From an uncultured Bdellovibrionales bacterium (GTDB lineage: Bacteria > Patescibacteriota > Minisyncoccia > Moranbacterales > UBA1568), in contig CAYWVL010000002.1 in assembly GCA_964461975.1 (NCBI GenBank), positions 4,101-36,136 on the forward strand: a stretch of DNA of 32,036 nucleotides, read 5' to 3'. Under the pieces are notes generated by a model that searched no databases, was not told the origin of the DNA, and saw only the letters and a list, made by a program, of their open reading frames with translations. Below are positions 1 to 9,722 of this stretch, piece by piece. Position 1 is the first letter of the stretch. Every line of letters begins with the position of its first letter. A program made the translations under genes and the position numbers.

Positions 1-625
1 TCAGGAAGAGGTGGCCGCTCGAATCAGTCGAAGTCGTCACGTCGACAGCTGGCGATACGCTGCCATTGACGATACGGACCGTCGCTCCGGATACGCCATT
101 GCCTTCCGAATCGAGGATATTGATAGACAGGATGCCGCCGCCGGCCGCTTGCTCGACCCCCTGCTGGGTAATGCTCGTCGCGACAGCGATGGTCTCGGCC
201 TCGCTGCCTCCGCCCCAGGAGACTTCGAGACGCACTCGTTTGTAGTCATTGGGGACGAGGTCATTGGGCGATCCGCCGAGCGTGCCATCAAAGCTATCAT
301 CGACATACTGGACGAAGGTGTGGACCTCATACGCGGTATTGTTGACTTGGACCGTCTCGTCTTCCAGCAGGTCGCCAGCCGGCACACCGTTCGTCGTACC
401 GATATTCTCATAGTCCAGGCTGCGGATGATCTCCATCTTCTGGTTGGCCAAAGCGACCGCGCCGAGCCGGTGTTTGGACTGTTGGATCAAGGCCGTCCCG
501 GTGGCGAATGTTTGGAAGAATACGCTCGTGATCAGGCTGAAGAGAAACAAGAATACGAGTGCCTCTATGATAGTGAAGCCAGGCGTTCTGTCACGGAGGT
601 AGGACCGAAAGGAGAAGGATCGCAC
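1..625 (-). CDS. Type IV pilin / pseudopilin-like protein, partial (3' end runs off the left edge of the window)
   Basis: Absent from the ORF track because it has no stop in the window. Reverse-strand translation from GTG at 625-623 gives (M)RSFSFRSYLRDRTPG|FTIIEALVFLFLFSLITSVFF... This is a short basic leader, a G-F-T-x-x-E prepilin cleavage/methylation motif and a hydrophobic helix. The frame stays open to position 1. The later segment GGILSINILDSEGNGVSGATVRIVNG resembles a carboxypeptidase-regulatory-like beta-sandwich (tentative). It starts 10 nt after the pilC stop. The + ORF 11..712 is its mirror image. Confidence 0.75.
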   Translation of the reverse strand, partial: MRSFSFRSYLRDRTPGFTIIEALVFLFLFSLITSVFFQTFATGTALIQQSKHRLGAVALANQKMEIIRSLDYENIGTTNGVPAGDLLEDETVQVNNTAYEVHTFVQYVDDSFDGTLGGSPNDLVPNDYKRVRLEVSWGGGSEAETIAVATSITQQGVEQAAGGGILSINILDSEGNGVSGATVRIVNGSVSPAVDVTTSTDSSGHLFL

Positions 626-635
626 ACGAAATGCG

Positions 636-1859
636 TTATTGGATGTTCTCGAGGACGCTATACATCGGCTGGAGCATGGCGACCGCAAAAAAGCCGACCG
701 AACCGCCGATGAGGAGCATGAGGATCGGTTCGATGATCGAAGACATGTTCTTGGTGATCTGCGAGACTTCCTCTTCATAGAACTCCGCGAGGCGCTGGAG
801 CACCGTCTCGGTTTTTCCCGTTTCCTCCCCCACCTGGATGATCTGCGGCACGAGAATCGGGAAGATCGCCGGGTACTTCTCGATCAGCTTGGAGAGTTCG
901 GTCCCTTTCTGGATCTCCTCGATACCGGCGGTGAGCGCTTCCTTGTAGTAGACGTTGCCGAGGGTACGTGCCACGATAGTGAGCGCATTCACCACCGAGA
1001 CGCCGCTCTGGAGGAGCGAGCTGTAGATGCGCGCAAAACGAGCGCAGTTGACCTTGATGACGATATTGCCCACGACTGGCAGGCGCAGTACGAGCCAGTG
1101 GAGGAAATGCCGACCGGTATCGGTCTTGGCGAGCACGCGGAAGCCGAGTACCGCGCCCACGACGATGGCGATGCTGATGATCCAGTGCGTGCGGAGGAAC
1201 TCGCTCAAATTCATGATGAAGACCGTCGTCGCGGGCAGTTCGACATCCATATCCTGGAACACCTGGGTGATCTTGGGCAGGATGTAGGTAAGCATGAGGA
1301 CGCCGATGCCGATCATAGCGACAACGATGACCGCCGGATAGATCATGGCTCCGCGCACCTTGGAGAGGAGGTCATGCTCCTTTTCGAGCTGTAACGCGAG
1401 AATGTCCAAGACGCTCTCGAGGTTGCCGGAAACTTCCCCCACCGCAATCATATTGACGAAAAGCTCGTTGAAGACGCTCGGGTACTTGGCCAAGCCCTCC
1501 GAGAGCTGCTTCCCAGCCTGGACATCCTCGTAGACGCTCTTCAAAATCTCTTGGAAGCGCCGATTGCGCGTCTGGAGGCTCAAATTGGAAATCGCCCGCG
1601 AGACCGTTAGCCCGGACGACACCATGACGGCCAGGTTGCGCGTGAAGACCATCTTCTCCTTGAGCGGCACGGAGATGAAACGATCGAAGAATCGGACCTG
1701 AACGCCTTCGCCCACCGACTCCATCTCGCGGACGGACGTGACGAGATAGCCCTCGCTTCGGAGATCCTGCGCCAGCTCTTTCTCATCCTTGGCCACAAGC
1801 TCGCCGCCCTTGGTCTCGCCAGTCGTCGCGTGCCGAGCAGTATACAAAAACTTGGGCAT
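636..1859 (-). CDS. pilC: Type IV pilus assembly platform protein PilC (GspF/T2SS-F family)
   Basis: ORF 636..1904, trimmed to the internal ATG at 1859 (MPKFLYTARHATTGE...), the usual PilC N-terminus. The length (~407 aa), the duplicated GspF-type polytopic architecture and the downstream prepilin gene all fit. Confidence 0.9.
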   Translation of the reverse strand: MPKFLYTARHATTGETKGGELVAKDEKELAQDLRSEGYLVTSVREMESVGEGVQVRFFDRFISVPLKEKMVFTRNLAVMVSSGLTVSRAISNLSLQTRNRRFQEILKSVYEDVQAGKQLSEGLAKYPSVFNELFVNMIAVGEVSGNLESVLDILALQLEKEHDLLSKVRGAMIYPAVIVVAMIGIGVLMLTYILPKITQVFQDMDVELPATTVFIMNLSEFLRTHWIISIAIVVGAVLGFRVLAKTDTGRHFLHWLVLRLPVVGNIVIKVNCARFARIYSSLLQSGVSVVNALTIVARTLGNVYYKEALTAGIEEIQKGTELSKLIEKYPAIFPILVPQIIQVGEETGKTETVLQRLAEFYEEEVSQITKNMSSIIEPILMLLIGGSVGFFAVAMLQPMYSVLENIQ

Positions 1860-1894
1860 AGCCCTTTTGTCTGTTGATGATTGTTTGTGTCTCA

Positions 1895-1903
1895 AGTATA
1901 GCA
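1895..1903 (-). promoter_or_regulatory. Extended -10 promoter element TGcTATACT upstream of pilC
   Basis: Minus-strand reading is cagTGcTATACTtgag, about 35 nt upstream of the pilC ATG. It matches the TGnTAnnnT motif found upstream of many genes in this window. The -35 is weak. Confidence 0.45.
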
Positions 1904-1927
1904 CTGTCCACGAAGTTGTGGACGAGA

Positions 1928-2839
1928 TCAGATGCGAGAGAGCCGCTCTTTGAAGCTCTCGAAGATTTTGGGACCTTTCGGCTCGGGGAGAAAGATGAGC
2001 GCCGCATCGGTCGCCGAGATATAGCCACCGGAGAGCAGCGTCTTGGGATTGCGTTCGATCAAGCGTTTCTCAAAGCGGCTACACCACGGCTCCAAGAGAG
2101 AAAGCGGGAGGACGGCTTCGAGGACCGACTGGAGAAGCTGCACCGAGCGGCGCGGACGGCGCAGGAAAAGCGGCGGTACCACCGTCGGCAAAAAGTTCGG
2201 CCGATAGCGGCCCATCCAACGATTCGCAAGTTCGAAGGAGCGGTAGGTTTCTGCTCCGACCACGGGATAGAGAAAGCGATACTCATGTGAAGAAAAGACA
2301 TCGCGCAAGGGCACCTCGAGCGTCGTATCGGTCAAGTAGCAATTGAGGCAAGCGCGATCAGGAATCCGATCGCCGTGGCGCCGCCGGCCCAAGACAGTCA
2401 ACCAGAGAGTCAGGAAGAGGCGTCCCGTCCAGATGGCGCCACCGCGCATGACGACAAGAAAATCCCAATCGCTCTCCCGATCACCCTGCTTCATGGACAG
2501 GCTCCCGGTGAGCGCGATCATCCGTACATACGGGAGCCAGGCACAGGCGCGGGCGAGCCGGCTGGCCCGTTTGAGTTTGGTCACGGCGCGTTTCTCGCGG
2601 CTGATGCGGCGGTCAACCAGGTGAGCGCGATCCGGCAGCATCCAGAAGCCCTGCTCGCCCCGGATCCTGCCACTGGCACCCAAATCCTCCAGTACTCGCG
2701 TGACCGCAGGCAGGCTCGCCTGATCTGTTGCAGCCGTACCCTCCGGAATGAGGAGGTGCTTCCAGACTTCAAATCCCGTCACCGGATAATCGAACGCATC
2801 GTAGTACGCCACCGTAGCCAAGACTGATTTGGACAACAT
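1928..2839 (-). CDS. Hypothetical protein with Pol-beta-like nucleotidyltransferase-fold motif
   Basis: 303-aa ORF with GC-rich third codon positions. The segment LTGSLSMKQGDRESDWDFLVV fits the hG[GS]-x(9-13)-D-x-D minimal NTase signature. I recall the N-terminal VAYYDAFDYPVT motif from uncharacterised proteins of candidate-phyla bacteria. Confidence 0.65.
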   Translation of the reverse strand: MLSKSVLATVAYYDAFDYPVTGFEVWKHLLIPEGTAATDQASLPAVTRVLEDLGASGRIRGEQGFWMLPDRAHLVDRRISREKRAVTKLKRASRLARACAWLPYVRMIALTGSLSMKQGDRESDWDFLVVMRGGAIWTGRLFLTLWLTVLGRRRHGDRIPDRACLNCYLTDTTLEVPLRDVFSSHEYRFLYPVVGAETYRSFELANRWMGRYRPNFLPTVVPPLFLRRPRRSVQLLQSVLEAVLPLSLLEPWCSRFEKRLIERNPKTLLSGGYISATDAALIFLPEPKGPKIFESFKERLSRI

Positions 2840-2918
2840 ATGAGGAAACGTAAAGCCAACAATCAGTGGTCTCTTCCGAATCAGTACCGCTCTCTGCCAT
2901 CAAGGCCGGCAGAAGTTC

Positions 2919-5735
<2,817 letters not shown>

Positions 5736-5780
5736 AGGCAGAAAGGAAGAAAGATGCGGACAAAACACAAGTTGGTTCCC

Positions 5781-5789
5781 AGTGTACCA
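5781..5789 (-). promoter_or_regulatory. Extended -10 promoter element TGgTACACT upstream of uvrA
   Basis: Minus-strand reading is aaaaccTGgTACACTGGgaacc. It shares the TAnnnT hexamer plus the downstream GG seen at other promoters in the window. Confidence 0.45.
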
Positions 5790-5824
5790 GGTTTTCCTTG
5801 GTGGGTAAAGGGAGCCCGCCGCGC

Positions 5825-7129
5825 CTAGCGTTCCTGGAGAAATCCCTCCCGCCGCTTCTTGCGGTGGAAGCCGATGGCGAAGCGATGCGCCTCGGCGTTG
5901 GCGAGGAGAATATCGTGTTCGAAACGCTGCGTGAGCCCCCGCGGACCGATGATTTTTTTCGGCTGGTGCTTCTCATTCTTGACCACGCCGACGATCGGTA
6001 TGGAGAGCTGCTGCCGCTTGAGTATCCGAGCGGCCACCTCGGACTGGAGGAGTGCTCCGTCGACGACGATGAGTTCGGGGAGCGTCCATTCGCGGTGGGC
6101 GAAGCGCCGGGTGAGGATCTCCTCGAGCGCCGAGAGATCATTGCCGCCATGCTCGCCGCGGAGCGTGAAGAGCCGGTACTCGCTCTTCTTGGAGATAGCG
6201 TGCTGCACGACCGTCATGACGCCGACCGTCGCCTGCCCCGCAAGGTGCGCCACGTCATACGCCTCGATACGCGCCGCTGAACTCTCCTCCCGGTCGGCCT
6301 TCATCAGCGCGACGTCGCGGATATGCCCGAGATCGAAGAGGAGCTTCTTGATCTCATTGGCGCGCTCGAACTCGAGCCGCTTGGCCGCCGCATGCATTTC
6401 CCGTTCCAGCCGCTTCACGAGGTCAGCTTTTTTCCCGGCAAAGAAGAGACTGATACGCTTGATCTGTTTGCGATAGTCAGTTTTGGAAATGGCGCCGGTG
6501 CAGACACCGGGGCAGAGGCCGATCTGCGCGTGAAAGCAAGGCTTGGCTTTGGACTTGTCCTTATCAGGAAGTACCAAGTACGGCACGCCCTGGCCGCGTC
6601 CTGCGTCAGCGGGCAGGCACTTGTCGCGAAACGGGAAGATCTGCCGCACGATCTTCAAGGCCGTCTGCAAGGCTCCCCCGCGCGGGTACGGCCCGAACTG
6701 CTCCGCGATCTGGAAGTCGATCTTGCCAGCGACGATATCCTTCTCGCGCACGACAAGTATCCGCGGATAGTCTTCCCGGGTGATAACGAGATAGTTATAG
6801 CTCTTGTCGTCTTTGGCATCGGAGTTGTAGGTCGGGAGATGCCTTTTGATGAGCTGTCCCTCGAGGAGGAGCGCTTCCAAGACCGAGTCGAGCGGACGCC
6901 AGGCGATCGCTCTCGCCCGCTCGCGCATGAGGACGAGTTTGGGACCGCGGGTCACCAAGAGGTCGTCGCTGAAATAGCTCTTGACCCGGTCCGCGAGGAT
7001 GGTCGCCTTGCCGATATAGAGGATCTCGTCGCGCTCGCCCAGGAAGAAATACACCCCCGGCATCTCCGGCAAGGGATTCTGCTTGAGAAAGCTCTCAAGG
7101 CTCACTTTTTTGACCCAGGGTTTTGGCAT
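5825..7129 (-). CDS. uvrC: Excinuclease ABC subunit C (UvrC), short form lacking the C-terminal (HhH)2 domain
   Basis: ORF 5825..7237, trimmed to the ATG at 7129 (MPKPWVKK...). It has a GIY-YIG module (PGVYFFLGERDEILYIGKA), a UVR-like helix pair (ADLVKRLEREMHAAAKRLEFERANEIKKLL) and an RNase-H-like endonuclease region (EAYDVAHLAGQATVGVMTVV ... AHRFAIGFHRKKR). The protein stops about 10 aa after that last motif. Confidence 0.9.
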   Translation of the reverse strand: MPKPWVKKVSLESFLKQNPLPEMPGVYFFLGERDEILYIGKATILADRVKSYFSDDLLVTRGPKLVLMRERARAIAWRPLDSVLEALLLEGQLIKRHLPTYNSDAKDDKSYNYLVITREDYPRILVVREKDIVAGKIDFQIAEQFGPYPRGGALQTALKIVRQIFPFRDKCLPADAGRGQGVPYLVLPDKDKSKAKPCFHAQIGLCPGVCTGAISKTDYRKQIKRISLFFAGKKADLVKRLEREMHAAAKRLEFERANEIKKLLFDLGHIRDVALMKADREESSAARIEAYDVAHLAGQATVGVMTVVQHAISKKSEYRLFTLRGEHGGNDLSALEEILTRRFAHREWTLPELIVVDGALLQSEVAARILKRQQLSIPIVGVVKNEKHQPKKIIGPRGLTQRFEHDILLANAEAHRFAIGFHRKKRREGFLQER

Positions 7130-7137
7130 AGATTCCC

Positions 7138-7146
7138 ACCCTACCA
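7138..7146 (-). promoter_or_regulatory. Extended -10-like element TGgTAGGGT immediately upstream of uvrC (near-leaderless)
   Basis: Minus-strand reading is TGgTAGGGTgggaatctATG, with only 8 nt between the hexamer and the ATG at 7129. It is part of a 14-mer that recurs at 8847-8860. Confidence 0.4.
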
Positions 7147-7148
7147 CA

Positions 7149-7177
7149 TTGACAAACTCGTGTAAAGAATGTACTAT
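7149..7177 (+). promoter_or_regulatory. Sigma70-type promoter (TTGACA - 17 nt - TACTAT) driving the small + strand gene
   Basis: TTGACA at 7149-7154, a 17-nt spacer, then TACTAT at 7172-7177. It sits back-to-back with the uvrC promoter element. Confidence 0.5.
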
Positions 7178-7213
7178 ATCGCCAATGTAACTTTCCAACC
7201 TAGGAGACGGCAA

Positions 7214-7453
7214 GTGCCCAAAAACCCGAATCCGCACAAGGCGGTAGTAGATCAGTACGCTACCGAGGTTTTGCAGTGCATGGGATCAGACATCAGTCGG
7301 TACAAGTCTGCATTCGCCCGGGTCGCCCATGCACACGACATCTTTCATTGGCGTGAGCCCGGCCAATACAACTACTTCTTCGGAGCCGTCCAAGGCGAGG
7401 TAAAGCGACGGCTCAAGAATCGTCCAAAGGTCCAGGTCGACCTCGTCATTTGA
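7214..7453 (+). CDS. Small hypothetical protein (79 aa)
   Basis: AGGAG at 7202-7206 lies 7 nt before an in-frame GTG at 7214. This is the frame of track ORF 7169..7453, but the ATG at 7169 lies inside the promoter. Third codon positions are G/C-rich, as in neighbouring genes. Two hairpins and a T-run follow the stop. I recognise no family. Confidence 0.5.
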   Translation: MPKNPNPHKAVVDQYATEVLQCMGSDISRYKSAFARVAHAHDIFHWREPGQYNYFFGAVQGEVKRRLKNRPKVQVDLVI

Positions 7454-7492
7454 CCCAACCGTCCTCCCAGCAGGGTTTGAATCCCTGCCTTC

Positions 7493-7524
7493 GCGCCAAC
7501 GGCCACCGGCCCGCGGCGCTTTTT
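7493..7524 (+). terminator. Rho-independent terminator
   Basis: The stem pairs GCGCC (7493-7497) with GGCGC (7515-7519), with an inner GGCC-acc-GGCC pairing. TTTTT follows at 7520-7524. It lies between convergent genes. Confidence 0.6.
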
Positions 7525-7529
7525 CATTG

Positions 7530-8279
7530 TCAAATGTCCAATTCTACTTTCGCCCGCGCTGCGGCAAAGGCGCAAAAATCGCAGTTGGGCGCCGCCGCGG
7601 GAACGGTATCACTCATGAGACAATCCTTGGCCCGGTAGACCACGCCCTCCACCCAACTATCGTCGCCCACATACTCGATCAGCCGGACGTCGAATTCCAG
7701 CTTGGCGTCAAACGCTGCCGTGTCCGTCCCCGCATTGCAGTAGACGAAGTAGCCAGTAGGCGAGACGGCGTAGCCATTCTGCCGCAAGAGCCACTGGTAG
7801 ATCTCCATCTGCCGGCGATACTGGCTATGCCAGGTGTCATTGAGCCGATCGATCACTTCGTCCTTGCTCGTCGCCTTATAGTCCACCACGATGTACTCGT
7901 CGCGGCTATTGACCCACAAGTCATCGATCGCGCCGGTGATGATGAGATTGGTCGGCTGGTGATGGAACTGCACCCCCTGGAAATTCTCGCGCCAGATATC
8001 GAGGTCATCATGCGCCGCTGGTCGCGCGTCGACGCCGTACTTCTCGAGGAGCGGGTGCTGCGTCCCGGCGGCCCGGTGGATATCGAATTCTTTCTTGAGA
8101 AGAGTATCGACGGCTTTGTTGAGATTGAAGGGCGGACCGCTCGGCCGGCCGATGCCGAGTCGGCGGTCGATATAGAAGCAGCGCGGGCACTCAAGGAAAA
8201 GCTCGAGCTTGGAGCGCGACAGCTTGAAGGCGGTCTCGCTCGCCGGGTCAAAGATGTTTCTCGATCGGACGATAGCCAT
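7530..8279 (-). CDS. PD-(D/E)XK nuclease, Cas4/RecB-like with Fe-S cysteines
   Basis: 249-aa ORF. It carries GAIDDL ... IVVDYKAT (the D ... D/E-x-K core) followed by QYRRQMEIYQWL (the RecB-family QxxxY motif). Cysteines sit at the N-terminus (ECPRCF) and C-terminus (C-x13-C-x2-C), as in Cas4/AddB-type 4Fe-4S nucleases. Confidence 0.85.
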   Translation of the reverse strand: MAIVRSRNIFDPASETAFKLSRSKLELFLECPRCFYIDRRLGIGRPSGPPFNLNKAVDTLLKKEFDIHRAAGTQHPLLEKYGVDARPAAHDDLDIWRENFQGVQFHHQPTNLIITGAIDDLWVNSRDEYIVVDYKATSKDEVIDRLNDTWHSQYRRQMEIYQWLLRQNGYAVSPTGYFVYCNAGTDTAAFDAKLEFDVRLIEYVGDDSWVEGVVYRAKDCLMSDTVPAAAPNCDFCAFAAARAKVELDI

Positions 8280-8427
8280 ACCCGGTCAGTAGAATTTCGA
8301 CATTTGAATTATATCTACTCTGTATCAAAAAAGTTGGCCTACAAAAAAGAGTTCTTACATTACACGGCAAGCCACTAAAAAACCTGGTCGAAATTTCACT
8401 GCCGGGCATACCTGTAGTATACGCTCT

Positions 8428-8464
8428 AAAATGTTCGCGCCGGCCCGAGGTTCTCGAGGCCGGC
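8428..8464 (-). terminator. Possible terminator hairpin after the 115-aa gene
   Basis: A GC-rich ~11-bp stem, GCCGGCCCGAG / CTCG(A)GGCCGGC, spans 8439-8464. On the minus strand it is followed after 7 nt by TTTT, so the T-tract is weak. Confidence 0.4.
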
Positions 8465-8470
8465 ACAGGT

Positions 8471-8818
8471 TCAGGTGGTTGCTCCTTTCGGAATCAAACC
8501 CATGATGCGCTTGTACTCCTTGGTACGACGGATGACTCGCCGCGGCCGCTCGACGACCAGATACTTGATGTCGATGAGCGGGAAGCCACTGTCGTCACCT
8601 TCACGACCCCAGTAGGCAACCTTGACCCGACCGTCCTCCACTGCCATGGAGTGAATCATCTGGAGCTGGGCCAGATTAGGAATCTCGCAGATGCGATGGG
8701 AATGACCGCCGGCATCCTTCTGGTTCTCGAGCCAGTTCTCAACGATGACCTGGCTTGCCAGAAACTGCGCTACGCGCTGATTGGCTTCGGCGCTTAGCAC
8801 TTCGACAAAGTACTTCAT
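8471..8818 (-). CDS. Hypothetical protein (115 aa)
   Basis: ORF 8471..8902, trimmed to the ATG at 8818 (MKYFVEVLSAE...). The longer form would overlap the upstream gene and reads as non-coding. AGGGGA lies 7 nt upstream of the ATG. I recognise no family. Confidence 0.65.
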   Translation of the reverse strand: MKYFVEVLSAEANQRVAQFLASQVIVENWLENQKDAGGHSHRICEIPNLAQLQMIHSMAVEDGRVKVAYWGREGDDSGFPLIDIKYLVVERPRRVIRRTKEYKRIMGLIPKGATT

Positions 8819-8873
8819 AGGAAGTCCCCTGGTTGGAAAGGATGCCCCCACCCTACCACAAAGGCAGGGGAAA

Positions 8874-9656
8874 TCAAGATTGGTTTGAAAATGGAACAAC
8901 AATCATCGCCTTGCGTTCGGTTGTGATAGGCAAGTGCTTCCCAGTCGGGTATTCGCGGATGGCGTCGTAGAGCACTTGCTCGGGGTATCGATATTTTTCC
9001 CCTTTGCGCGTCCCGGGATCATTGGTTATAAACTCCCGGGCCTGCCTATCGTAACCCGTGATGACAAGCATATGCTGGAGGGGCCCCGGCGGCGTGAAGT
9101 TGGGATTCTCGAGCGCCCGGCCATTGGTCGGAATGATGACAAGACCGTCCTGAAGCGCGAGCTGGATATCCTCGAGCGTCGGGTCGTGCTCCACCCGCGC
9201 ATCGGTGATGCCGAAATATTGCTCGAGGAGATACTCCGCGGTGTCGGCTGCATCCGTATCGACGCCATGTCCGATGAGTCTGGTCTGAAACGCCGCCATG
9301 TCCAAGAGCTTCGCCTTCACCTCAAGCGGGGCCAATACCCTCCCCTCTCGGGCCATCCATACCATGAGAGCCGATGCCTCCTCGCAGCCATCCTGGAACG
9401 CGCTTTGACTCCAGTCCCCGGTCGGCGCTTGCGAAGTAAACGGGATCGACCGCTCGACACTCGTCACAACGCGCTTGGGTGACTCGGGTGTCGGCACTGG
9501 CACTGCCGTGCTTGGCGTCCGAGATTCTTCTACGAGCGGAGCGCCGACCAGCGGCGGATTCACTCTTTCGAACAGAGCGTTCTCGTCATGACCAAACCAC
9601 CACCAGATTCCCCCGGCAACCAAGAAGACGCAGAGTAAGGAGACGATCAATCGCAT
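8874..9656 (-). CDS. Membrane-anchored C39-like cysteine peptidase domain protein
   Basis: 260-aa ORF with an N-terminal TM anchor (LIVSLLCVFLVAGGIWWWF). The motif IPFTSQAPTGDWSQSAFQDGCEEASALMV matches my recollection of the Peptidase_C39_2-type signature (SQ.P...W....GC..AS). Confidence 0.75.
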   Translation of the reverse strand: MRLIVSLLCVFLVAGGIWWWFGHDENALFERVNPPLVGAPLVEESRTPSTAVPVPTPESPKRVVTSVERSIPFTSQAPTGDWSQSAFQDGCEEASALMVWMAREGRVLAPLEVKAKLLDMAAFQTRLIGHGVDTDAADTAEYLLEQYFGITDARVEHDPTLEDIQLALQDGLVIIPTNGRALENPNFTPPGPLQHMLVITGYDRQAREFITNDPGTRKGEKYRYPEQVLYDAIREYPTGKHLPITTERKAMIVVPFSNQS

Positions 9657-9662
9657 AACCCT

Positions 9663-9671
9663 ATCGTAGCA
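9663..9671 (-). promoter_or_regulatory. Extended -10 element TGcTACGAT positioned for a leaderless transcript of the C39-like gene
   Basis: Minus-strand reading is tttTGcTACGATagggttATG. Exactly 6 nt separate the hexamer from the ATG at 9656, so the predicted +1 is the A of the start codon. Confidence 0.45.
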
Positions 9672-9722
9672 AAAATGTTTGAGGGTCCCGACGCGCTTGG
9701 CGCAGGACCCCTGGAACAGGCA

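Noticed and set aside
11-712. 233-aa + strand ORF at the left edge.
   Set aside because: It is the antisense mirror of the prepilin gene (minus strand, clear G|FTIIE signature) and of the pilC 3' end. Its product has no motif and is Arg/Asp-rich, typical of antisense frames in GC-rich DNA.
7169-7213. The longer 94-aa version of the small + strand ORF, starting at ATG 7169.
   Set aside because: That ATG lies between the -35 and -10 elements of the only plausible promoter, so it would not be on the transcript. The GTG at 7214 has an SD.
7470-7498. tRNA/tmRNA-like 3' end: hairpin GCAGGG-TTTGAAT-CCCTGC resembling a T-arm, followed by 7 nt, one nt and CCA. It lies in a ~400-bp gap that has its own promoter and terminator.
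   Set aside because: I found no 5' acceptor strand complementary to CCTTCGC within a sensible distance. The best candidate, GCGAGGT at 7394, gives a 105-nt molecule with no D or anticodon arm. The T-loop has T where the conserved C56 should be. The tmRNA 5' consensus (GGGG...TTCGAC) and an Ala-type G3:U70 pair are both missing. The region is better explained by an SD-preceded 79-codon ORF with gene-like codon bias, with the hairpin acting as part of its terminator. A tRNAscan-SE/ARAGORN run would settle it.
7530-8279. The Cas4-like nuclease as a marker of a CRISPR-Cas locus.
   Set aside because: No repeat-spacer array and no other cas gene is visible anywhere in the 32 kb. It is reported as an orphan nuclease instead.
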